DNA of 64,000 nucleotides from a virus: IMG/VR virus record IMGVR_UViG_3300045988_158900; one strand, 5' to 3'. Shown piece by piece: positions 34,001 to 45,698 of this stretch (position 1 is its first letter; each line of letters starts with the position of its first letter). The notes under the pieces were generated by a model. It saw only the letters and a program-made list of their open reading frames with translations, ran no database searches and was not told where the DNA came from. The position numbers and the translations under genes were made by a program.

Positions 34001-36003
34001 CCAGTAACGGCTTTAGTATTACCAGAAGAGTAACTACCTATGACATTACTTAAATTAATTTGCTTAGCAATATGACTAAATTCTAAATCATCATATTCCA
34101 TTCTACGCTTATTACCATTTTTATCGACAAATTCAACTTCATAAGTTTTTAAATACCAAGCTAAAAATGCATCATAGTTGGTGTATGTAGTATTAAATTT
34201 GCCAGTTTCTTCATCATAAAATGCTTTATATAATTTTTCATCATTTTTATAACGAGTAATAGTACGAATTAAATTTGAATAATCCTAAACATTACGAATT
34301 TTAAAAGTTAATTCAATACTATGAGACTGCTCAGTAGCTTGAGAGCCACTAGGATTTGAAAATACAGTACGACCAATAGGAATAGATAATTTAGCACCAT
34401 TACTAATACGTAAACAAGTTTTATTATCTTCATCCGTAGTCCAACCATTATTATACCAATTAAAGTTAGTAAATGTTGCAGCACAAGGTTCAGCCCCTAG
34501 AGCTGTAGAAGAATTTACTAAAGTAGTGCGTTTAGCCAACGTTTCAGAATTAGAACGTCCACTACCTACTGTGTTTAATAAATAAGTTAAGAAGCCTTGC
34601 TTCTAAATACCAAAGTCTGTTCTTGTTGGGTCATTTACAACACGAATTTCAATTTTACGGGTAGTCTCACGAGCTCCATCACCACAAGTAATAGTGTAGT
34701 GATTAATTACATTTAATTCAGGATTAGCAATTTCAAAAATAGCAAATTTCTTAGAATCTGTAATTGTTTGAGGAGAATAAGAAAGTTCAATATTATTACG
34801 TTTAAAATGCACTATTGGGTTTTCAGCCTATGGGTCAAAAACACGGAAAGGAATTTGAATAGTGTCATAATTATAATATTCATCTTTATAGTCTCCTAAC
34901 CAAATAATTGGAGGAGCTTGAGGGTCTAGGCCATCATAAACAGCTACTTCAAAAATTAAAGGATTAACTTCGATTCCTTTTTTGCCATTAATCGATTGGA
35001 ATAAACGAATCCAAACTTTATGATAACCATTAACTACAGGGGTATATTGTGAAACATTAACAGTCTATAATGTAGCTGAATTGGCGGCTAAGGGCACACT
35101 TAAAAATGGTTCATCTTCATTGTCAAAATAATATTCAACAATTTTATCCATAGCACCATTAACATTACATTGTAATACTAATTTACTAGGCTCAAAATAA
35201 CTTAAATTAGAAAAACTACTTGATTCTTGTAATTCTAATTTAGAAGTTTTAAATGTTACTAAACGAGTAACTGTGCTTGGATGATTGATTTGGCTAGCCA
35301 CTAATACTAATCTTGAAGAAGCATCGTCTTTAGCCAATTTACCGAATTCAAAAGCATATTTCTCACCATCAGGCACTTGGAATGTTCCTGAATTATATTG
35401 ATTATAGTTAGTACCATCATCAGTATACTCTAATTTCCAATTGATTGTAAGAATAGAGTCATAAGAATTACCCTTCTTATTTTTAGCTGATGTAGCAACA
35501 AATGTTACCTCTTGAGAACGTCCATTAATTAAATTAACAGTAGGTAATGAGTCTACAGCTAATTCGATGTCAGAAGCTAATGAACCAGGGTCATCTCCAC
35601 CGCCTCCACCAGCAACAGTTAAACGACGACATAGCACATTTTGAAATGCTCGCTGAACTTTTATTACACGATAAAAACAATTATCACCTAAGTTGATAAT
35701 TAAATCATCTTCTTCGGGATACTCTCCGCCTTCAATAGCTCCGATTGGAATATTGATTTCATCTTCTAATTTTTCAGCATCAGTCGGAGTATAATTGGCA
35801 TAATAAATACCAGAATTACTTCCTGAGCCACCACCACTACCGCTTCCTAAAAGCTTTCGTGATACCATTGTGCCATCAGCTTGAGTATAGTCTATGAAAA
35901 TTTTACCAGTATCAACTGCAAAATAAACATATCCATCATTAAAACCCATTAAATCTAATTTCGCTTCAGTACCACGAACAGGGATGAATCGTTTATTGCT
36001 CAT
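28060..36003 (-). CDS. Giant tail fibre/receptor-binding protein (~2647 codons) carrying ~18 in-frame TAG. BspA-like leucine-rich-repeat region near the C-terminus.
   Basis: Strong RBS AAAGGAGA before ATG 36003. Eight track ORFs (28102, 28861, 29998, 31813, 33175, 34285, 34603, 35065) are all in the same frame (low coordinate mod 3 = 1). I walked every junction and they are separated only by TAG. First in-frame TGA is at 28060. N-terminus FIPVRGTEAKL...GYVYFAVDTGKIFIDY is the shared fibre N-domain. Gly/Ser linkers. Confidence 0.6.
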
Positions 36004-36054
36004 GCAAGTATCTCCTTTCTATCTTAAATTTTATATAAAACAAAATTATATATA

Positions 36055-36088
36055 AAAAAAATGGGAGAGGAATTTTCCTCTCCCAAAT
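36055..36088. terminator. Rho-independent terminator (TGGGAGAGGAA / TTCCTCTCCCA)
   Basis: Perfect 11-bp inverted repeat between two fibre genes. Confidence 0.55.
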
Positions 36089-36144
36089 TCCTTCGTTGAT
36101 TTTTAAAAAAACCACGAATATAATTATTATAAACTGTCCTCAGA

Positions 36145-37821
36145 TTAGAATGAACCCCAAACTAAATCAGCAGTAACAGTACTGCCAGATGCAGTTAGTT
36201 TTAAAGTATCAGATTTTAATACCATCTTTGCATTTTTATCAGATACTAAATTAGTTCCAGCTTGTAAAGTATGTGCTACAGTAACAGTGTTAGTAGCATC
36301 ATCACGAGTAGCACTATCTGGACCGGGCGTATATTCTAAAGTCTGAATAGTTTTAGTATTAATATTAGTGATATGACCGTTATCATAAGTGACAGAATCG
36401 ATAACATCAAAAGTACCACCATTAGTTAATGATTTACCATCAAATGTAGCGCCATTAGTTTCAGATTTTTTATCAGATGAAGTTCCATTTGCATAAGTAT
36501 CATGCTTAACAGTAACATTCAATTGATTTGGTGCTTTACCACCATTATCAGTAGAATCAATAACAATACCATCACCTGCAGTAAAAGCAATTTTACCAAC
36601 TACTCCACCGCCGTTACTAGAAGTAATGATCATGCTACTAGTAGCGCCCTCAGCCTTAAAGATATAAGTAGTATCAATCTATGTATCATCACCAGAAGGA
36701 ACATAAGTCCACTCAACATCACCAATAGCTAAAACGCCATTAGTCTCAGATTTTTTATCTTTGGCAGTTGCAATTAATAAATCGCCAGTACCAGCAGTTT
36801 TACCAGTAGCATAAGTTAAATTGCCACTTTGAACTAAGAACATGTCGCCAATATGAATCTCAGCAGCAGTTCCACCCTTTAATACATTGAAACTCGCATC
36901 CATGGTAAAAGTCGTGCCACTAGTACCAATAGTACCACGATAAGTCATACCATCAAGTTTCTTAATTAAATTATCAACTTGGTCTTTAGAGTAAACAGGA
37001 AGGTTTACTTGTTTAGTATCGCTACCAATACCATAATAACTACCATCAACGAAATAACCTAACTTTTGTGTCTTTAAAAGACCAGTAGTTCCAGCAGTAT
37101 CAGAAGCTCCTACTTGTAATTCACCATCTTTATTTAAACCTAAAATAATACCATTTAATTTAGTATCTTTAGAAGCGATTTGAATACCATTACTATCAGC
37201 AATTTTAGTAATAGTTACATTGTCGCCGCCCTTGATATGAACGGTACTGTCATCTTGTAATGCACTATCTAATACTAAATCAATATCATTAGTCGCATCA
37301 GCATGCTCTTTAACATTAAGAGCATAAGTATCACCAGTAATTGTAAGTGCTTTATTATTGGCCATAGCCACTTTAGCACCTTTAGCTCCAGTAATAGTTA
37401 CATCTGCAGGAGTAACACTTTTACCAGTATCACTATTAGTACCACCAGTAGTAATTTTAACACCTTCAGTAACTGAAGAAACAACTTGAGTTAGAGCTGT
37501 TAAAATAGTATCATCATCAGGATTGATTTGATTCCAAGTAGTACCATTATAATATGCTAAAACATTTTCAGTTACACAATAAGCGATATCGCCTTTAGTA
37601 GATACCGTTGTTTTTGCCTTTAATTCACTTAAATTATTATAAATTTCAACACTTTTATTTAAAAGAGCCAGTTCATCAGCTTGACCAATATACAAACGGC
37701 TACTATCAGAAGTTAAATAAAATGTACCTACTTCCCAACCTTTTTGAGAATCTTTTAATGTATTTAAACTCGCTTGAGTACCAAGTTTAAATTTCACAGC
37801 ATTACCAGTATAATCAGCCAT
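36145..37821 (-). CDS. Tail fibre protein (~559 codons, one in-frame TAG at 36679)
   Basis: RBS AAAAAGGAGA before ATG 37821. Ends TAA 36145-36147. N-terminus KFKLGTQASL...GTFYLTSDSSRLYIGQ is the shared fibre N-domain. Track ORFs 36145 and 36679 share a frame. Confidence 0.6.
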
Positions 37822-37849
37822 AATAAAATCTCCTTTTTGTTTTTAAAAA

Positions 37850-38787
37850 TTACTCTGAGAGTTCACCCCAAATAATACTCTCATAAACTTTATTAATTTC
37901 GTTGACAATATTAGTAGTATCTCCAGCTACGTATGCTTTACCGAGATCATTTAATGAGCCAACAGTAGAATTGAATACCTCAAGTGAAGTATATTCTTCA
38001 ACAAGTTTCTTTTTAACAGCTTGTAATTCTGAAGTTTTCGCATATCCAGTTAAATCAGCATTACCAAATGTACCTAATCTTTCTGGCTTTGAGTTGATAA
38101 GCATATATTCATCATAAGAATTGTTATCATCTCCACTACTATTAGGTACTAAGTAAACAACATTTTCTTTATTGTTTTCCGCTGAAGTAATATCTTCTAA
38201 GCTGCCAACAGGTTTATAGGTTAAATGATTCGCATTTGCGATTTCATTTTTAATAACAGTATTAAAATTATCAACTTGATTTTGTAGATTAACAATTTTA
38301 GTACTAATAGTATGAAAATCTTCTTCGGGCTTCTCCCACTCTAACTTACCAGCAGCTCCTTTTTTCAAATAAGAGCCACTTTCTGCAGTATCAAATCCAA
38401 TGAGATTTAATTCAGGATTCGCACCTTCAACAGTTTTGAATTCAAACGTATTAGCATTAACATTAATCTCTAATTGACTAGCTATTAAACTAGCAACATC
38501 AGCTAATGATTTACTTTCCCATTTACCGCTGTCATTTTTAACTAAAAACGCACCAGCATCAGTTACAGTTTCTAAAACATCACTAATATCAGATAACTTA
38601 GTAATATTAGTCCCCGAGCCAGAGCCACTAATTAATTTATCCCCTAAATATAAATATCCATTTTTCTTATCCGCAGATTCATAGATAAAATATAAAGTAT
38701 TAGGATCTATTAGTTTTCGCGCCTTTAATGAATTATAAGCAGTTATTGTACCGCGCTAAAACTTTACATAATTAACATTATTTGGCA
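37850..38787 (-). CDS. Tail-fibre-like protein, apparently encoded in two frames joined by a -1 shift near 38512-38524 (N-terminal part from ATG 38787, C-terminal part ending TAA 37850)
   Basis: RBS AAAGGAGA before ATG 38787. N-terminal NYVKF*RGTITAYNSL...NTLYFIYESADKKNGYLYLGDKLI is the shared fibre N-domain. That frame degenerates after ...LVKNDSGK. The frame of track ORF 37850..38368 is protein-like for ~50 codons upstream of its TTG start but has no ATG/RBS there. Confidence 0.4.
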
Positions 38788-38852
38788 TATTAATCTCCTT
38801 TCCTTTAGAATCATTTATAATTATAAAAGAAATCTTTTCCCTTACTATTGGT

Positions 38853-38896
38853 ATATAAAAAAAGTTGGCCCATAATTAATTCTTATGGGCCAACTT
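38853..38896. terminator. Rho-independent terminator (GTTGGCCCATAA / TTATGGGCCAAC + T-run on minus strand)
   Basis: Perfect 12-bp inverted repeat directly after the TAA of the 38900..42529 gene. Confidence 0.55.
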
Positions 38897-38899
38897 TAT

Positions 38900-41800
38900 T
38901 TATTCCTAAAAAATTGAAAGAATCTCATCCATTGTATAGTAAGAAATATTAATTACCTATTCACTATCTTCATAATAATTTTCTTTATCACTAGGGTTAA
39001 TTAAAATTTTTTTCCATAGTCCATCAATATTATGGCTATCTAATAAATACCCACTTTTATCTAATCTATAATATTCAGCATTTGGAATATATTCATCATT
39101 AGCTTGAACAACAACATACTATGGAGATTCAGTTTCATCTAAATAATAAACCATTAATCTCTAATCAGGGGTTAATGAATTAAAAACTGATTTTAATGTT
39201 GTAGTATCTTTAATAGAAGTTTCTAAAACATAATCAGTGCCATCTTTAAAATTGTTATATTCAATTTCAGCAGCTTTTTTAGTGCTATAAATTACGCTAG
39301 GTCGATTCTAAATATAGGAAGGTGAACCCGGATGATCTTGAGTCCAATTAGCTTGATATTTATCTCTACATTGTTGGAATTCTCTTAATAATCCCCACAG
39401 AGAATTTATATCACGGTAATATTGGACCCCTTCTTTTAAGCCAGAGGCTTTTTCATATAGTAAATATGCTGTGTAATATGTTTTTTTATCATTAAATTTA
39501 GTAATGTCTCCAGCATATACTTTATCACCATTATCATTTTCAATATAATATGCAATATCAGGACTAGGCTTAACAGTCAAATCTTCAACTTTTTTCCAAA
39601 TCGGATAATTATCTTGAACAATATACAATGGTCCAAAAGCACCAGTATGTAGAGTTGAAAATGTTTCTTCAGTTTTAATATCCCATTGATTGTTAGGATT
39701 TCTTAAACCAAAATCAACTTCACCACGTTTACCATAATATACTACTTCTTTGGCTGGTTCATCTTTTAAAATGTTACCACTTGAATCTACTATTGGGTTG
39801 CCATTTTGATCATATAAGTCTGCCCAAACATATTCACTTTTTACTGGAATAAAATTATTAATACTATATGAATCAGTATATTTACCTAATAAATTTAATA
39901 ATGCATTATACATACCCCAAATAGTTTCTTGTGAAGGCATATCATAATAATCATTATCTGTTTCTAATCCCAATAATTTATATAAATAACGGATTAATCC
40001 AGAAATAGTTTTAGGATATAGTGCTGAGTTATTAGGGTCTCTATCATTACCTATAAACAAATAGCGCTTTTCATCTATAGTATCTTTATCTGCTGGGATA
40101 AAAATACAATAAGCTTGACGGTATAATTGGTCTCCTTTACCAACTTGAATATACTATTCTGGATCCATAATATAATATGTCTAATTTGGATTAAAATTAG
40201 TCTAATTAGGTATATACTTGTTATCTTTTTTAATGTATAAAATTTCATCAATTTCATCAAAAGCATGCTAGTCTTTTAATTCAATTTTTATATAAATACC
40301 ATTAGGGTCAGGATAATATAATTCACCATTTAAATACTTTTTATCACTATAATCAACATAAGTATTAGTTTCACCATAATCTTGAGGATTATATATAATC
40401 CAAGTACCACGAGGATATACTAAATCCCACATTAATGAAGCCATGTTACCCAATTCTGGAAGATTAATATCAAATGTACGCTAGTCAATTTGTTTAGCAT
40501 ATTTTAATTCATTATTAACATAGAATCCTGAATCAGATAATTGAAGAGAAAATGGCTCATTAATATTTGATAATATTCCCTCATCAAGTTTATTATTAAT
40601 TAATTTATATCCTTTAGTATCCATATGGACTGGATATAACTCACCAGAACTAGTTTTCTTTAAGTAAATTTCATTTACTCTATTAGGAATATAATGCTAT
40701 CTACGTTTATTAAATCCTTCAATATTATAATGGAAATCTGTATTTGTATTAAATTTCCAATTGCGAGGTAAATGTAATTTATAATCTAAATCAGTACTTC
40801 TAAAAGTATCTATGTGAGGTCCATGATTATGATGCACTCTAACTTTTTGAGCATACTATCTTCTCTATTGATTGTATTTTTTCTCATTATAAGAAATATT
40901 ACCAGCATCATCTGTAATAATATATTCATCAATAGTAGCTTCTATTAATTTATTATTATCAAAATAATATAATTGCTAAGGGATTTTTACCAATCGTTTA
41001 AATAATTCAAATGAAATATATCCAGGCTCTTCTAATTTTTTATGATAATATTTTAATGTAATACCATTATTATCAATAACAGAATATTTTGACCCAACAG
41101 ACAAAGCAGTATAATGAGGTGGGTCATTTACAATATAATCTGAACTATAATAAATATTACCAAGAGTTTCTAAATACATATCAAGAATTTCTTGACTTGT
41201 AATAATTTCAAGTTTTTTACCATTTACATCTTTCTCTAATGGTTCATAAATAATTATATCACTAGTAATTTTTTTATATTCAAATAAAGGACCACGATAA
41301 ATATCTTTTATAGGTAATGCCTCATATTCTTTTTCACGAGCTTTTTTTAAATTAGCAATGGCCTGTTTCCAAGCTTGAACTTTAGACGCATATTGAGATA
41401 ACATATCATCTAAATTTGTAATTTTAGTGTTATAATATTGTTCAGAGACTTTATCTCCTGCATATTGAGCAAGAGCTTTTTCACGGACTAAATTTGCTCT
41501 ATATTCACTATATCCACCAATTTTATCAGCACTCGCCTCATGATTAGTATCAAATGTAAATAAACCTTTATATTCTTCAGAATTATTAATTTTTTCTTCA
41601 TAATCAATAATTTCTTCTAAATTTTCTTTTACTGATTCTTCTAATTTTTTTACATTAGGAGTGCTGGCGTTCCATTTATCAACAATATAACTAATATCTA
41701 ATTCTTTATATTTAGGAATAGTAAGAGCAGTTTCTCCTTCTCCTATAATTGTTTCACCGTCTAATTGATAATAACTATTTAATGGAGACAACTAAATACG

Positions 41801-42529
41801 GCTATTATCTTCATATAAAAAACTAACTTTTTCATATTCATCATTATCATCAGGAGCGTCTACTATAGCTTCAAATTTAGGAGCTTTAGAATCTAAACTT
41901 GCAACCATAATATACTTTTCAGTAATTGTAGTATTGCTACTAACTGAACACCAAATTTTTTGCCATACAGTATGGTCATAATTAGCTTGATAATGTTTTT
42001 TATCTATTTCTTTATTTATAGAATATTCACAGTTTTCATCAATTCCATCAGGCGTTAAATTATTTAATGGGTCTTGAGTAATACTATCTTTTAATAAATA
42101 ATATCTCTAATTGGGATTATAAAAATCAGTTTTAGGATTTACCTGGAAATACTTTCCATAAGGACGCTATGGGGTAAGTTTTGGGTCCATATCACCAATA
42201 GTCTAAATACTACCTTGAATTTTATAAACCCACAATACTGGACAATTAGCAGTAAATTTTTCAACTTCATTGCCCTTTTCATCATTAGCTGTTTGGTGCC
42301 ACTAAGCTTTTATTTCTGTTGATATATAGGGGCTATATCGGCGTTTGCCATAATTAATAAATACATAACGAGTGTTATATACTCCATCGCCATTAATATT
42401 TCCAGTAGAGGAGCCATCTGGAGTGCATTTAGCTATGGCTTGTTCCATCTCATAACGATTGGTATAAGTTTTATCAAATGTCAAAGCAATCCGTGGATTA
42501 ACTTTTAAATTACCATAAAATGAACTCAA
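38900..42529 (-). CDS. Large structural (baseplate/tail) protein, ~1209 codons with ~19 in-frame TAG
   Basis: Strong RBS AAAGGAGGGGAG before TTG 42529. In-frame TAA at 42530 upstream. Track ORFs 39308, 40268, 40976 and 42302 are all one frame. I walked every junction (38900-39308, 40061-40268, 40454-40976, 41792-42302) and found only TAG. Ends TAA 38900-38902 followed by a terminator. Confidence 0.5.
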
Positions 42530-42545
42530 TTAACTCCCCTCCTTT

Positions 42546-45500
42546 TCATATAAAATATCTATTAATAAATAAGCATCTTGATTTTCATCTATATTAGTTA
42601 ATGACATTTCATCAAAATTAATAGATGTTACTACACCAGAGCCCTAAGTCATATCTAATTCATACAAACCGACTCCGCCAATCATTATATAATCTTGATT
42701 GGCATTAAGCCTAAATTTAGTGCCTGGTAAACTCTGGATTCCTAATTTTATAATAGGAGTATAATCATCAAAAATTACTCCTGACATTAATTTAGCTTTA
42801 GTTATTGTTACTGGATAATTTTTTTCATTTAATTCACCAAAATATCGAAACTAAACAACACTTTTAGCCATTACTCCGTCTCCTCTCTTATAGCAATCTT
42901 GGAGGGGCTTTTGTAGCCACTACAGTCATCATACCATTATGATTTAACTAAATGGTAATTTTATTTAAAATATATTCTCCATGTATATCACTTTTATTAT
43001 CATCAACTGTAATAATTGTATTTGGTTCTAAATAATAAACAGGGACAGATTTTAAATTTATTTTTTCATTCAAATAAGCATATTGATATAATAAATTATT
43101 CAATTCATCATATGTTGTTTTGCCCTAAGATGAAATAACAAATTTATCTTCATACATTTTAGGTAATGGTATATAAGCATATCCATCCTATAATAAATTT
43201 TGTTTCTAATATAAACTATATTTTTCAGGACTAATATAAATTATATTAGGAGTATCCCTATAAATAATAGATTTAATAGCATCATTATTAACAATTTTCG
43301 GCCTATCTCCAATAGTTTTCACAGAATACTTGCCTATCGTACATTCTGAATCTTCTATAAAATCCATCCAAAATTCTAATGTAGAAGGATCAGTAATATA
43401 CTTTCTATTCCATCCATAATATTCTTTTTCATTATCTGGTAATGGCAACTATTCCTCAGGTTTTTTTGGATTCGGCATACCAACAAAATATTTCTTATAA
43501 TCAGTTGTTATAGGATTATATATTTTTCTCCAATATGCTAATAAATCAGCATAATAACTTTCATAACCAGTACATCCATTTTTAAATTCTGGATTATTTT
43601 GAGCTAATTTTACTGCATAATCATCATTATGTCCATATTTCTCATAATCTAATGCCATTTGATAAATTAATTCACGCCAATTCTATTTTACATAATACTA
43701 TGTATTTTTATCTTGACCTGGCATTACTGGCTAATACACATAAGCCTTGCCACCTTTTTGATATAAAGGATCAAACCAACTTGCCCAAGGATGCGTACAC
43801 ATAGAACCATGTCCAGTATATCCTATACTACCATCTGACAATAAATCAAAAACATATAATTTTTTATTTTCCCAATCATTCCACTAACCATAACTTGAAC
43901 TACAGGAAGTGCCATAAAACTTTTTCATTAATTCATCATTATGACATTCGCCATAAAGAGAAGCAATATCTATATTTACTCCTCCATTTTCTCCATCATA
44001 ATAATCTCCTAACTCTCTATCAGGATACTACCCTAAATATAATTTATAAAGTTCAGCCCAGTCTTTAACATCCCACCATTGTTCATCAAGAGCAGTTCCC
44101 TATAAAGTATCTTTTGGATTAGGTGTCTTTACAAATTCTCCAGTTTTTAATGGATCATAGGAACGATAAACTCTTCCATCAATTGTAGTATATTTTTTAG
44201 GCTTTTCATCAATCGCATATCGTAAATGAATAGTCTCTCCCTCACTATTGGCCGCTGTTGGATTCTTTTTACCCCAAATCATAAAATTGTTTTTTATTTT
44301 AGAAAAATCAGGAGTGTGCTAAAATGAAGAAATTAAAACATTATCTGAAAAATTATAAGAACTTTTTGAAGCTAACATTGCAGCTTCTGCATAAATCTAA
44401 TTATAAGTATACTAATTATCATGCTTTTCATAAATAGAATTTAATTTTTCATCTTCTTCAGGATTAGCTGAATCTGTAGTTTTTATCATACTAGTCCAAG
44501 ACTAATTTACATAAGTTCGTTTTTTCTAAAAAACAAATTGTCCATCAAGATTATAAAAATATTCATAATCTCCAAAAGTAGAACAAATTTTATCAAGCAC
44601 TGAAGTGATTGTATCTCCTACATTAACTACTAAACCATTTTCATCAGGCCAATATAAATCTACCGCTCGGTATCCAGCCGTACCAGCACCACTAATTTTA
44701 GAAACATAATATCCTATTTTATCATTAGGACTATCTTTTACCTTAGTTTTAAAAGTATTTGAACCAATTTCAGTTAATTCACTATCTGTTAATTGATTTA
44801 ATTGGACTTTCTTTCCAGTAGTAGTATATTTTGTTAAAGTTGTATCAAAAGTAATATTAACATAAATACCATTATCATCTAAAAAAGCATAAAAATCACC
44901 ATCAGTATACCGTAATAATTCTAAACCTTTATCATCAACATCTTTGATTAAAATATTATGAAAAGGCTCATTTCCATAAAAATGAATCATTTCACGAATA
45001 ATATATGTAATAGGACGTCTTATTTTTTTATATTTTTTAATTTCTCCACTAATACTATCTTTAACTTCTACAATACCTATCACCGATTCATTATTTTGCT
45101 ATTCAGCTAAATAAGCAATACCTTCATCAGTTAAATATTGAATTTCAGTGTCTTTATTAATTCGCCAATGCAAATTTTTTATTAAATTATATTTTATAAT
45201 TAGTTCAGATATATTTAAATTTTTTTCATCATATTCAACCAATTCTATTGCAAAATCAATTGGATTAGGAAAATTTCCTCCAATATCACCATTTAATAAA
45301 CACATTTTATCTTTTCCTGAAATAGCAATTTTACATCCAGTAGAAGTAAGTGTTGTATTAAAAGCAGTAATTAAAAACATACCTTGCGGGAACCAAATTA
45401 AATCATCATAATCAGAATCAATATTATTAGTCAGGCCAATATAAAGATTAAATTTAGTTGTTAATCCCCAATATACATCAGTAATACTTACTCCTTCAGA

Positions 45501-45698
45501 TACTAGTTGTACTGAACAAGAACGACGAACAGCGGAGGACCCATCAATATTGATGGATCCTCCAGAAGCTTTACCTTCAATCGATTCGACAGGTTCTTCA
45601 TCTTTATTTAAACTTACAATTTTAATAAAAACTTCTTTCTGGTTGTCTAAATCTAACTATTTCAAAAAATGAGTATCTAACAAAGGATTATTTTTCAT
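42546..45698 (-). CDS. Large structural protein, ~1050 codons, multiple in-frame TAG
   Basis: ATG 45698 overlaps the TGA of the upstream gene (ATGA). Track ORFs 43206, 43449, 44100, 44526 and 45099 share one frame. I walked the frame from 45381 to 45698. Ends TGA 42546-42548 immediately before the RBS of the next gene. Confidence 0.45.
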
